NCBI GenBank assembly: GCA_951406725.2
Contig: OX597819.1
Span: forward strand, 116,064,001 to 116,128,000
Direction: 5' to 3'
DNA: 64,000 bases
Origin: Octopus vulgaris
Taxonomy: Eukaryota
The translations under genes and the position numbers were made by a program. This document shows, piece after piece, positions 12,790-26,234 of this stretch (position 1 is the stretch's first letter; each line of letters starts with the position of its first letter). Under the pieces are notes generated by a model that saw nothing but the letters and a program-made list of their open reading frames with translations, was not told where the DNA came from and did not search any database.

Positions 12790-13900
12790 CATGTTACCTG
12801 CCATGCCTGACACCAACTCATCTGCCGACAGTATTTCTGAAATCATTGTCGTTTGTTTTATTTCGCATCATAGCTTCCCGTTCTCTCGGTATCACAAAGA
12901 ACACTGCCTCGTCTTTCGGATGCCATTGGTTACCTCTATCAACAACCACACTCGCTTACTGCATGAGACCACATCGCAAACTACTCTTCATGGTGCACTC
13001 AAACATAAGACGCCACACAAGCGATACTCATTCACAAACCTACACGCAAACTCTCCCCCCTGCATGCACAAATACCAGACAACCCTGCGTACCAGACAAC
13101 CCTGTATACCAGACAACTCTGCATACCAGACAACCCCGATGGTGCATCCACCTGCTGCAAGAAGCAGCAGGTCATAACGCACCGGGACTCCACTCACACA
13201 CTGAGCACGACAGAATCCATCGGTTCCTAAAAAAGAGAACCGCCCGACATACCAACAGGAACCATCCATAGAAGACAAAAAAATCACCAAGCATCGACCC
13301 ACCCATACATACAAGGGCCTCCCTCAAGGACTCCCTCTGTACATTCGGGAAAGATGGACACGTTTAATTTGTCCAATATGAGGGCATCTATCCCACATGG
13401 TATAAAAACCTATCCGACATACACCCACACACGGACGTAAGCTCTTTCACCACGACAAGGTAGTGTCCTTAAAGGTAAAGATGGACACTTTAGAAGACAA
13501 CGGGTCATAACAGAAGACAGCGGGTCATAACACACCAGACGTCCATGCGGATGGCAGGGTATGGGCATCTGGTGGCGCATCCACCCACTGAGTCCCGGTA
13601 GATCATAACATACCAGACAAACCTGATGGTGCATCCACCCACTGCACCACCCAACTGCCGATGTTCCCATAGGACACCGCAGTTGCACACACTCAGTACA
13701 CCCACTCACAACGATGTTCTAATAAGACACCGCGGCTGCACTACACCCATTCCAAAAGGTGCGCCCACCCATTGCGAGAGGAGAGTAGATGCACCCACCC
13801 ATTGCGAGGGGCAGTAGGTCATAACGCATCAGGCCCCACGAAAGAGCCTACACATAGAATCATACCAGAGTACAATCTAATTACACCACGCACACACTCA
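12790..13900 (+). repeat. A/C-rich region built from shuffled short motifs (taccagacaac, ggtgcatccacc, ggtcataac, cacccattgcgag)
   Basis: taccagacaac x4 at ~13073-13135; ggtcataac at ~13170, 13503, 13523, 13817; (g)gtgcatccacc at ~13141, 13628; cacccattgcgag at ~13766, 13796. Confidence 0.6.
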
Positions 13901-15289
13901 AGTATAACAACTAGTCTTCTTCAAGCGTATGCACACACAAAAACACACTGATATACATACAGTGCTACGCCTTATACCAGCACAGACCCCTGCGCTTAAC
14001 ACATTCCACACACACACACACACACACACACATATTCACAGAATCTCACAATTATGTGATTATCTTCCTTTTCTCATTACATAATCACTAGAAATGCACG
14101 TACATAAACCACACTAGATTAAAATAGCAAGACAAGATTTATCACATCCGATACTTAATTTAACAATGATTCCAATAAAGACTTATACCACAATTATTCC
14201 TATGTTAAGTCCTGTTTTCATGCCAGCAGACACATTAGAAAATTAAATTAATTTAATATTTTTTAATAAGTATTATGCTCAATCGTATTATTGCAAGAAA
14301 ACTTTAATTAAAATTCCCCAATTTCTGATTTAAAATTATAATTTATTTCTTAAGAGAAAATAGTAAAACCACAAAAGAGTCGATTTTATATATTACTACT
14401 ATCTTTTTACTGTTTTACGCGTAAAAAAACAAAACAAAAAAGAAACGACAAAGCAAAAAAGAGTTCAACAAAATAAATAATATTGATCTCTTAAACACAC
14501 AGTCTCAAGACGAATTTTCTTGACGGCGAAGTAAAGCAAATATCTAGAAAATGATCTGAGTAAATAAATAAATAAAAATATTGATGTTGTTTATTTTGAC
14601 ACCTTGGCAGATGGTTGCCATCGGTCCATTGAGAAGAAGACCTTCGTAAACGGTCGATACTTCATTAAAAGATCACGGCTAGATTTGAGTTCAAACTCGG
14701 TTATGGATAAAATGAAATTTTGTATTTGTATTGAATTCAAACTATTCAGTCTAATAGAGTCTACGAGAGAAAAGCATTCCATATCTCACTTGACCCTTGG
14801 ATTGGCATTAGTACTGTTAAGCAAATAATAACGTTATTTTGATGTAGTTAATGCAGTTTAAATTATTTACCAGAATAACTTAAAAACGTTGCAGAGCGTG
14901 TGTTTATAGTTGAGCTGTGTATAAAGTACAGTGAATCTGGGGGATATTTAGTTGAAATATTCGCTACAAATTATGGTTGCTGGCTTTAGTATTCATACAG
15001 CATTATAAGCAATGCTATATAAAACTTGCAATCCGTCGGTTACGTCGACGAGTGTTTCAGTTGATCCGATTCATGGAACATCCTGCTCCTGAAACTAACG
15101 TGCACGTAGCTGAGCGCTCCACAGACACACGAAGTTCCCAAGGAGATTCAGCGTGTCACTGAAGGTAGCAAGATCGGCCTTGCCAGCTGAATGGACTATA
15201 GGATAATACCACGGAGAGTGGCTACTATAATATCTTATAGTTTGGAATCATACTTGTAACATTACAATTCACACTGTATTACAGTTCTA

Positions 15290-15817
15290 TATTTAAGAGA
15301 TGAGGAATTATGTACATTATTTACATTAGACGGACATTTGTCCTCATTTCTAATATTTTTCTATCCTTCCTTAATACCGGTTTCCATATGCTGCTCATAT
15401 CTGCACTCGGTCTACTTAGAAGGTTGTTGTGTCCTACCATATATGCTGCTTCTTTTAGTTTTCGTATTTTCCAGTGGTGTTCTCTGTCTATTATTTTAAC
15501 TTCATCCCACATAATGAGGTTGTCTCCATTTTTAGCATACATGATCAGCTATACTCGATTTATCAGTAGCTCCTCGTGTCACAGCTTTGCCATGTTCGTC
15601 TACACTTATTTTGAGGAGGCGGCATGTTTCGCCATTGTGTAACCTACCACAGCTGCATGGGATGGATTACTTGCAGTCTTTGGTCATATTCTTTTCTATT
15701 GGTGGTTTGACTCGAAGGAGATATTTGCGAAGAAGGCTGGAGGGTATATCAACCAAAACGTTGTGTTAACAACAAACAAGATGAGGACAAATATCCGACG
15801 AATGTAAATAATGTACA
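15290..15817 (-). mobile_element. 5'-truncated PLE (Penelope/Poseidon-type GIY-YIG C-terminus) with inverted terminal duplication
   Basis: Minus ORF IMWDEVKIIDREHHWKIRKLKEAAYM; upstream CSCGRL.NGETC; 15310-15348 is inverted at 15781-15817; flanks acactgtatt(ac)agttcta on both sides resemble a TSD. Confidence 0.72.
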
Positions 15818-15889
15818 CTGTATTAGTTCTACAGTTTATATTTTAAATAATGAATGTCTGTCCAATTTATTCACTCTCTTTTGTTGTTG

Positions 15890-16000
15890 GACGGGACTAA
15901 CTTGAAATAAAGTGTGTTGCTCAAGAACACAACGCGCCGCCGTGAATCGAACCCACGGTCATAATATGTTGAGCCGAATACGCTAACCACTAAGCCACGA
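15890..16000 (-). mobile_element. tRNA-headed SINE fragment (same family as 28345-28572)
   Basis: Minus strand gtggcttagtggttagcgtattcggctc...gtgggttcgattc...gcgttgtgttcttgagcaa. Confidence 0.65.
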
Positions 16001-16689
16001 AATGCTGTATATATATACTTTCCGAACAGTAGTTGTTTAGTTCCCATTTTCTTTTTGTTGTTTCAATTACCCATGGAATTGAAGTAGATCTAGAAATCAA
16101 CTTCCAACACTCAATATCGATGTCGTAATTTTAAATCTACGCCATCCATAAGGGATTGAATGAGAAAAGATGACATTGTTCACTTACAAATAGCTCTTTC
16201 TAAACGGCCAGTTCAGATTGTTCTCTGTATAATTGAGACAGAATAATTTCAGCTGAGAATATAAAACTGTCAAAGGTATAATTATTTGTAATTCCTCGAT
16301 AAACGTGAAGATTCCGGCTAATAAATGAATGTATTGATACAACTTAAAACTATAGAACAATGCCACGGAGGAGTCTACTATATGATCTATTATAAAGCAG
16401 TTTGGAATCATATTTGTAACTTTACAACTTACATTGTATTAGTTCTACAGTTTATAATGTTATATAGTGTATGTCTGTCCAATCTATTCTCTCTCTTTTG
16501 TTGTTTTAATGACAATAGTACAATAATTGAACTTATAGCGTGATTCTAAATAATGAAAAAAAAAAAGAATCTAAAATGAAAACAGCGAAAAATTCACTCA
16601 ACATTATATAATTACACACACACACACACACACACACATAGAATTAACAGAATGAGATAAAAATCCAAGGCTGTGAAAGATTTCAGAAC

Positions 16690-16766
<77 letters not shown>

Positions 16767-17267
16767 TATATACGTGTGTGTATGTACCTATTTGTTGCGT
16801 ATGTGCACATGAGTATGATTATGTATATGTATGTGTGTGTGTAAACGCATGTATATGTATATATTCATATACATATTTATATAAATATATGCATATATAT
16901 GTATATATATACATATGCATATAATTACGTACAGTATATATATTTATAAATATAGTTATCTACATACACATAAACGCACAAGCACACACATACACACATA
17001 CTTGCACACACATATGCAATTAAGTCCCTTCCGGGAAATGAAACATTAGTCGATGCACCGATGATAAATGGTTCGCCAGGTCGAAAGGTAAGACTGAGTT
17101 ACTGAGACACTGAAATCAAATTCCCAGCATTCCCAACTTCATCGTCTACATGAATATCATTCGGTTTCACTCATTGGTATGAAATACTTTGGGATTTTGT
17201 TTCAGAGGAAAGCTAATTATTGAAGAAAAAATCTGTTCTGTTTCTTCTATATGTATTTGTATGTCGC

Positions 17268-17364
<97 letters not shown>

Positions 17365-17609
17365 ATACAATGATATATTATAGGAGCAAATTAATATATT
17401 ATAAAGTATCAATTACATTAAAATGTAGGTGGCTATAGCAATTAAAACCAAAAAGGCAAAATTCATAAATGAGGGTGCAAAATGGTGCCTGCAATTGCTA
17501 GAAGTACGAGCTAAAAAGTATAACTCATATAACTACGCAAAATTACCAAGCTCTTGAGATATCCAGGGACTGCGAGCGGCAAGCCACAACATCTCCCCCC
17601 TCTCTATCT

Positions 17610-17667
<58 letters not shown>

Positions 17668-17754
17668 AGAGTAGATCGTATACGAGTGGGTATATATTTG
17701 TAAAAAGAAGTTTGAAAACGCCACTATATTAGATAAATTTTAATTTTCTTATGC

Positions 17755-17799
17755 ATTTTACATGTTTCGGTTCTTGAAAAAACGAACCTTATCAAAAAT
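17755..17799 (-). ncRNA. Variant minimal type I hammerhead (TTGATAA core)
   Basis: Minus strand: attt-TTGATAA-ggttc...gaacc-GAAAC-at-GTA-aaat; all three stems pair; core differs from CUGANGA. Confidence 0.55.
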
Positions 17800-18230
17800 A
17801 TTATAAAAAGTGCAATAGAAAAGTTCATAATCGTTTCTTACTGTTCTCAATAGAATCCATGTGGTGGTGTTTTGTCGGTAGTTGGTATAATCGCTATATT
17901 ACTGTTGAGTGTAGTGAAGAAGTCCATTATTGTTTCTTGCTGGTATCAAAAGGAACCGCTTTTTTGTTACCTTGTGTTCCAATGGTAGCAATAGTAGTGA
18001 TTGTTGGTCGTAGTAGTAGTAACCTGTGGCTGTTACTGTTGGTCGTAATTTTGGCAACCTTGGTGGTGGTTGGGGTTGTAGCAGTTAAGCTGTGGCCGTG
18101 GCAGCAGCAGCAGCAGTAGTAGAGGACTGTTGATCGTAGCAGCAATAGTGGTCGGTTCACTGGCACTGCTCACTGACGTCACATAATTCCAAACCAATCA
18201 AAACCAAACTTCAACGAATACAAGGAAAAC

Positions 18231-18433
18231 ACCCATAACTGTATCCTGTAAGGAAACCAACCAAGCAGAACGACAAGCTTGACCACAGAAGAAAAACGTC
18301 ATCAATTTTTTAACGAATCAAAATCGGATCTGACCCATAACTGTATCCTGTAAGGAAACCAACCAAGCAGAACAACAAGCTTGACCACGGAAGAAAAACC
18401 TCATCAATTTTTTAACGAACCAAAATCAGATCT
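18231..18433 (+). repeat. Tandem duplication, ~101-bp unit x2
   Basis: acccataactgtatcctgtaaggaaacc...aaaatc(g/a)gatctg repeated with few mismatches. Confidence 0.9.
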
Positions 18434-18699
18434 GCTCGCAGAAAAATTTTTTTTTTATATGAATTAATCTTTCCCTAAAACATACCACTGCAAGCGGGAG
18501 TGACTGTTTAAAGATCTGAGAAATTGTAATTCCCCCCACCTCCACCCTTTTTTTTTTTTACTATTTTAATTCTCACACTGTGGCCGTAGCAGCAATAGTA
18601 GTGACCACGGTGGTTGTAGTAGTAGTGCTAGTGGAAGCAGTCGTAGTGGTCGTGGTGGTTGTGGTAGAATTTCATTTTTCCTTTTCGGAAGACCAATGT

Positions 18700-20060
18700 T
18701 TTGTTTTAATATTCTTGGCCCAGGGTGTTCAAACTTGGTCTAAATTTTTTGATGAAATAAAGTTCTTTATTTTGGCGTTGGGTGAAGGTTACGCTGTCAC
18801 TGAATTTGTAAAGTGGGTAAGTTGTAAATTTCGGATTTTCATTTGTAGCACATCTATCTATGTGTCCGCTGACCGGTATTTTCCGGTATTTAGGGTTTCT
18901 AATTTGGGATTTATGCACCACCATCCTTTTACGTAAGCTATTTTTTGTATGGCCTATATACTGCCTATTGCAGCCTGCGCACGTTAAGACGTAAATTAAG
19001 TTTTCTGATGCACAGGTGAAGTTTGTTCTAATGGTGAACTGATGGCCTTGTTCTAGTATAAATTCTGAACCTTCTACCAAGATGACACAGATTCCGCAGT
19101 TGGGCCTTCCACATTTTCTAACTGCTGGTTTTGTGGTTGATGTTGAGTGTAGTTTAGCTTGGGTTAAAATCCTTTTCAAGGATTTTGGTTGCCGTTTACT
19201 TTTAATGATGGTGTGTGTTTCGAGGATCCGATTCATCTTTGGGTCTCCCTTTAGTAGGGCTGTGCTTTGTAGTATGGTGCTGAAGGCCTCATTGTTAAGT
19301 GGGTTGTGTGTAGAGATGTAGGGAAGGGTTTTAAATTTTTCTTTCTTTTTTGGTTTTGTTTGTCTCAGGTCTTCTATACTTAATTTAAGTGCCCGTTGGA
19401 TTGCACTGTCTATTAGGGGCTGTGGATAATTTCTATTTATGAGTGTAGTTCTACGTTCCTGGTGACGTGTGTGTCGGGTGTTTGTGTCTGATATTATGGT
19501 GCAAATCCTTCTAGCTAAACAAAAAGGGACATTTATTCTAGTGTGTCTTGGGTGGCATGAATCAAAGGGTAGGTACTGTTTGGAGTCTGTCGGTTTATAA
19601 TAGATATCTGTCTCTATTTTGTTGCCGGCTTTTTAATGAGGATGTCTAAAAATGGTAATTCTTCTTCGTTATGATCCATCGTGAATTGTATATTATCATT
19701 TATTCCATTTAATAGTATTTTAAATTCCTCAAGTTTCTCTATACTTTTATCCCAGAGGATAAAGCAGTCGTCGAGGTATATTTTCCAGTTGTTCTGGATA
19801 TAGGTGGAGGTGTTTCCATATTTCTCGAGTGTTATCTGGTAGAGTATTTTCTCGAGGTATCCCATCACTAGGTTGGCAAAAGAAGGCGCAGTACGCGTGC
19901 CCATTGCTGTTCCCGATCTTTGTCTGTAGAAATTATTGTCAAAAATAAAGTTATTGTTTTCTAAAATAAATCTAAGTCCTTCTATTATAAGTTCTTTATT
20001 TATGCGAGTTGGGAGTTCAAAGGAGTAGTTATTTAGCCAGAAAGTGATCTCTTCTATTCC
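18700..20060 (-). mobile_element. Penelope-like retroelement, 5'-truncated (same family as 1590-3500)
   Basis: MGTRTAPSFANLVMGYLE, YLDDCF, LPFLDI, KCGRPNCGIC linker, NLIYVLTCAGCNRQYIGHT GIY-YIG, FRPSLN terminus. Confidence 0.93.
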
Positions 20061-20075
20061 TAATATATATATATA

Positions 20076-20424
20076 TTATCTTATTGAAGCCATTACTATA
20101 CATAAATGCCACACGCTAGGAGGGACTCTTAAAGTCAAAACTATCAAAATAAATAAACACATAAGTCGAATGCGAGGGAATGTATACACGTGTATATGTA
20201 TATATTCATATAAATATTTATATAAATATATGCATATATATGTATATATATATGCATATAATTACGTACAGTATATTTGTAAATATAGGTATCTACACAC
20301 ACATACTTGCACACACATATACAATGAAGTCTATTCTAGCGTTTATTTATTTTGATAGTTTTGAATTTAAGAGACCCCCTAGCGTGTGGTATTCATGTAT
20401 AGTAATGCCCTCAATATAATATAG
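20076..20424. repeat. Inverted repeat (~83-bp arms) enclosing a copy of sequence from ~16850-17026
   Basis: cattactatacat...acacgctagg...aaactatcaaaataaataaac vs gtttatttattttgatagttt...cctagcgtgt...tatagtaatg. Confidence 0.8.
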
Positions 20425-20523
20425 ATTAATATATTTAAGAGAAAAAGTTATGGATGTTTCTCTTATGAGGTTTTTGACATTAATATTTGATAAATTCTTA
20501 TAAAGATTTTATCCTATTTTAAA

Positions 20524-20608
<85 letters not shown>

Positions 20609-20678
20609 ATATCTATCTATCTATCTATCTATCCATCTATCCATCCATCCATCCATCCATCCATCCATCCATCCATCC

Positions 20679-20744
<66 letters not shown>

Positions 20745-20749
20745 TAATT

Positions 20750-23035
20750 CCCGACATATAAAAACCAAACCACCCATAAAGCGGACTGGAGAACAATCAG
20801 AAAGGATATTTCGTTCATCGACTGGTCTTTTACTCTCAATTCCACCCATATTGAGACCGCATGGCAGCACTTTGAAAACATTGTCACCTATACATGCTCT
20901 AAACACGCTCCCACGAAATCTACTAACACAAACAGAAACCGGCCCCCCCAAAAAGAGAAAAACACTCATCAGGCGCGTTAAAAGACTCAACAAAAAAATC
21001 AACCAATTAAAATATTCCCACATACAACATCCACATTCAACAACAATGAAAAGGCTAGAGCCGGAAAACTTCATCTGCAGACCGACATGAAAACCTCCAT
21101 TGAAAATCAAAGAGCTGTGGAGGAACAGTGGGTAATCAAAAACATCAAACAGAACCCAAAAGTGTTCTATTCTTATGCAAATAAGCATAGAACCACTGTC
21201 TTACCCATTGCGCCATTGATTGATGATAACGGCATTCCCCAACACGATGCTAAAGAAATGGCAGAAATACTGCAGAAACAATACTGCTCTGTCTTTAGTG
21301 TTCCCACTGATATTGACGTAAGAGAAGCGAACGAAGTTGACTCTCAACATAAAATCTTCACTGCCACTGACATCATAGCAGCAATAAATGAGGTCAAATA
21401 CTACTCTGCTGTAGGCCCTGATAGATTCCCCGCTAGTCTCCTGAAGGAATGTAGACACCAACTTGCAGTCCCTCTGACCAACCTCTGGAGAAATTTGTTA
21501 GACGCAGGTTATATACCGAAACAGTTTCTATCCCAGTCAGTCATCCCGGTTTTCAAACAGGGAAACAGATCCCTCGCATTCAACTATCGCCCAATCTCAC
21601 TCACCTCCCACATCATTAAAGTGTTTGAAAGAGTGTTAAGATCAATGATCGCTGACTTCGTGGAGACCCACAAGCTCCTAAATGCAAATCAGCATGGCTT
21701 TCGCTGTGGAAGGGACTGTCTAACACAGCTCTTACACCACATTGAAGATGTACTCAAAGCCTTGGGAACAGGTTCGAACTCTGATGTCATATATCTTGAC
21801 TTCAGCAAAGCGTTCGACAAGGTAGACCACAATATCCTACTCTCAAAATTAGCAAATGTTGGAATCCGTGGAAAAGTTCTACACTGGATTAAGTATTTCC
21901 TGGCGAATAGAACACAACATGTTGTAGTTGATGGAATCCACTCAAGCCCAGCAAAAGTCACCAGTGGTGTTCCCCAGGGGACTGTCTTCATCTTCATAAT
22001 TTACATAAACGACCTTTCCAGTGTCGCACATTACTGCAAAGTGAAAATATTTGCTGATGACACTAAGCTCCAGCAAATCGTCAATGAAGAAGCAGACCGA
22101 ACTCAACTACAGTCTGATCTATATGCTGTGAGTCAATGGGCAGACAGAAACAAAATGCAACTGAACGAGGGAAAATTTGAGCTGATGCTTTTTGGAAGAA
22201 ATTCCTCACTAAAACAGCCATACTCTCTTCCTTCAGGGGAACCGCTCACAGCCTCTAACAATATCAGAGACCTTGGTGTAATTGTTGATGACGATCTCAG
22301 TTGGAGTGCACACACCAACAAGAAGGTCGATATAGCTCGTAGGATGAGTTCATGGATCTTAAGAACTTTCCGGTCCAGAGAACAAAGTGTCATCATACCA
22401 CTTTTCTCCTCCTTTGTACGGCAACACCTGGAATACTGCTGCCCACTGTGGTCTCCCCATACAAGACAAAACATCTCGAGGACTGAATCACCCCAGAGGG
22501 CACTCACTAAACGAATTGAAGGCATGGCTGCTCTCGATTATTGGGATCGCCTTAAAGCCTTGAAACTTTACTCCCTCCAGCGTCGCCGTTAGCGGTACAT
22601 CATTTGTACGATGTGGAGAATATACCACCAACTTTGCCCAAACGACCTGAACATTACCGTCAAGGTTCATCCAAGACTGGGACCATGGGTCATACGTCCC
22701 CTACCCAATTCAAGATCACAGCATACATGTACACTGCAACATAATTTCTTTTCCTCAACAGGCCTTGCCCTATTTAACATTGTCCCGAAAAAGATCAAAG
22801 AGGAAAAGGATCCCATCAACTTTAAACGGAGTCTGGATAGATTCCTTCAAAGAATACCAGGTAAGCCACCCATAATTGGATACAACTCATCCAACAAAAA
22901 CTCACCACTTGAATGGACCATAAACAAAACTTGACTTAAACAGGATTCAAATAATCCTATCAGGTGGTGCTATTAAGTTAGACATGGCCTGGACCAATCT
23001 TTGGTCGAAACATATCTAAGTTTATGTAAGTTTAT
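20750..23035 (+). mobile_element. Non-LTR retrotransposon (CR1/L2/Crack group), 5'-truncated ORF2 with reverse transcriptase
   Basis: 501-aa ORF 21087-22592: NYRPISLTS, QHGFR, YLDFSKAFDKVDH, GVPQGTV, FADDTK, RDLGV, LEYCCPLWSP, YSLQRRR; premature stop then continuation 22611-22934; adjoins (TCTA)n. Confidence 0.93.
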
Positions 23036-23075
23036 ATATATACATATACATACATACTCGACATGTCATATATAT

Positions 23076-23472
23076 AGATGTTTTCGATCTAATTTGGATT
23101 CTTTGCCATCAAATTTGAATTCTTTGCAATCAAATTTGATGCTTCGTTACCTCGACCGATCTGAACAAGGGGAGATAATAATCGAATGATTCTTTTATCT
23201 ATTATCTCCCTTTGGTCAGACCGGTCGACGTAACAGAGCTTCTTATGGTAGAAGCTATCGCAGTGTTCACGAGTTATTTCATCGAACTTTTCAGATATCA
23301 ATTGGTGGGCTCTACTGGACGAGTTAGATAAGATAGACATATATTCCCTTACGGCTGATATAGTTTAACTCTCTTTATTTTTCAAGGCTTGAGCACCAAT
23401 TGAAAAATTCAAATTTGATTGCAAAGAATTCAAATTTGATGGCAAAGAATCCAAATTAGATCGAAAACATCT
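23076..23472. mobile_element. MITE with 64-bp perfect TIRs and an internal hairpin
   Basis: 23076-23139 is the reverse complement of 23409-23472; TIR has 21-bp subrepeats (ttctttgc..tcaaatttga); internal tcgaccg.tctga.caa.ggagataat / attatctccc.ttg.tcaga.cggtcga; TA flanks. Confidence 0.85.
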
Positions 23473-23479
23473 CTATATG

Positions 23480-23516
<37 letters not shown>

Positions 23517-24660
23517 ATTAGGGGTAGCTTGTTTATTAACGTAGAGATAGAACAATTTAACATTTAACTGATGAAAATGATGAATATTCAATAATTTTTG
23601 GTAAAGTATGTTTATACATTTTTACAAGGAAAATCTGATTTCATTTTAAAATATTACATATACTACAAAACCCTTCAATATATATCTCCTATGCATAATA
23701 AGATTATTAATAGAGAAATTCATGCATTACGCATATATGGATTCACAATAAACCATGAGGACAGCGTGGTCATCATAAAGGTCGGCTCAGTACAAGAAGA
23801 CACCAAGATATAAAATATTTAGAGAAAATAAGTATATCACATACTCATCATCAGTGATATCCGTCGGATATCATTATGGTTTCGGTAACACACACACAGA
23901 GCACACTTGCATACATATCACAAACGCACATACACAAGTGCACACTCACATACATAAAATGATGCATTTCCTAAGTTTGGGGATGGATTATTTGGAGATG
24001 GCGTTTCAGTTAAAATTCATAAATTTAGCGGACTTAAATTCGAAACTTGTTGGAAAGAAACACCTTACATTTTTAGAAAAAGTTAGAGTTCTTTATAACC
24101 ATTTAGAATGAATCTACTAAAACTGACTTTCTGGAAGGTACTTGGGAACTTATAACAGCCACAAGCCCACAAGCCAATTAAAAATCTCCAAATCTTCCTA
24201 AGTCGGAAGACCAATCACACAATTAACAATTATTATATCTATACAATTTTGGCTAATGAGAATATATTAAGACAAAACGAGAAGGTCTACTGTTTGACTT
24301 TAGCTGAAGCTGGTTATATTGAGACAATTCAGCAATTCCCTAATAGGGAGATTATGAAGTTACTTAAAGATATAGAAATAACGGAATGGATGTATAATGA
24401 TAAGGAGTTTGGAAACAATGAAAATAAAATCCTAAATGAACAGGATTAAGAGAAGCCCTATCAATAATTACAAAAGCAGTTTAGGAAGAACTCTGTGACA
24501 ATGGAAAACTCTAAATAATAGAGGTAATCAAATGGAGGGCCCCACAGCTATGTAAACCGAGAAAGCGTAGTTACTATTAATGATACCATTATGACCACTG
24601 AGCAGTATACGGATACAAATAGAAATAATTATAACAATATTGATGATGATGATGATGACG

Positions 24661-24713
<53 letters not shown>

Positions 24714-24776
24714 TATAATAATAATAATAATGATAATGGTTTCGAATTTTGCCACATAGGCAGTCATTACGGTCAT

Positions 24777-25485
24777 CGACCCTAGTGTTTAACTGCTACT
24801 TATTTTATCGACCTTGAATGGATGAAAGGCAAAGTCGAGTCGGCGGAATTTGAACTTAGAACATTAGCGGCAACCGAAATACCTAAACACAAAGGGGACA
24901 AACAAAGACAGACAAACGGATTCAGTCGATTCTATCGACCCCAGTGCATAACTGGTACCTTATTTATCGACACCGAAAGGATGAAAGGCAAAGTCGACTT
25001 AGGCGGAATTTGAACTCAGAATGTAGTGACACACGAAATACCTATTTCATTACTACCCACAAGGGGCTAAACACAGAGAGGACAAACAAAGACAGACAAA
25101 CGGGTTAAGTCGATTATATCAACCCCAGTGCGTAACTGGTACTTAATTTATCGACCCTGAATGGATGAAAGGCAAAGTCGACCTCGGTGGAATTTGAACT
25201 CAGACCGTAGCGGTAGACGAAATACCGCTAAGCGTTTTGCCCGGCGCGCTAAAGATTCTGCCAGCTCGCCGCATTTAAAGTTGAATGAAATGCCTATATC
25301 TTTACTACCCACAAGGGCTAAACACAGAAGAGACAAACAAGGACAGACATACGGATTAAGTCTATTACATCGTCCCCAGTGCGTAACTGGTACTTAATTT
25401 ATCGACCCCGAATGGATGAAAGGCAAAGTCGACCTCGGCGGAATTTGAACCCAGAACGTAACGGCAGACTTTGACCGGCGTGCTA
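24777..25485 (-). mobile_element. Cluster of four nested/tandem tRNA-SINEs with Meta-like core
   Basis: Four copies of tttatcgaccc..aa.ggatgaaaggcaaagtcgac.tcggcggaatttgaac; shared tail cccacaaggggctaaacacagag. Confidence 0.88.
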
Positions 25486-25520
<35 letters not shown>

Positions 25521-25555
25521 GCAGCAGCAGCAGCACCAGCAGCAGCTACAACAGG

Positions 25556-25646
<91 letters not shown>

Positions 25647-26124
25647 TACACTATGAAGAACGCGATGCGATTGCAAAAGATAAAAGAAAAAGAAAAATCT
25701 GTTGTGTCTGGGGAGAGTCATTTTCTTTTTGTGCCTTATAATGCAACACACTCACCGGTAAAATTTCCATTTATTTCTTATTTTTATTTTCCTAAAATTT
25801 TCGTTGCGTCTTGCAACCTTTTCAATAGTCTTGTATAAACATAATGGAATTGTCGTCATTTTTGTTCATCCCTTCAGGGCATGATGTTAATGGTCACAAA
25901 TATATTTCTTGTCATGTATTTTGAGGACTGAAAGTGCAGCAGATAGATATGTTCTTGGTTTGAGAAATTTTTCGACACCTTGCCTGTCATGTCGAGTTCA
26001 AAAGGCGTGCTAAAATATTAATAATAATAATAATAATAATAGGAACAAGAACAACACCACCACCAACAACAACGACACCACCATCACCAACAACAACAAC
26101 AGCAACAGCAGCAGCAGCAGCAGC

Positions 26125-26170
<46 letters not shown>

Positions 26171-26178
26171 GCAGCAGC

Positions 26179-26224
<46 letters not shown>

Positions 26225-26234
26225 TGATGAATTT

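Noticed and set aside
24777-25485. Regularly recurring repeats resembling a CRISPR array
   Set aside because: Units are long SINE bodies with repeated, not unique, intervening sequence; eukaryotic context, no cas genes
25471-26225. Poly-Q/poly-L/poly-C ORFs
   Set aside because: (CAA/CAG)n tracts between SINE and PLE scraps, with no splice or domain context
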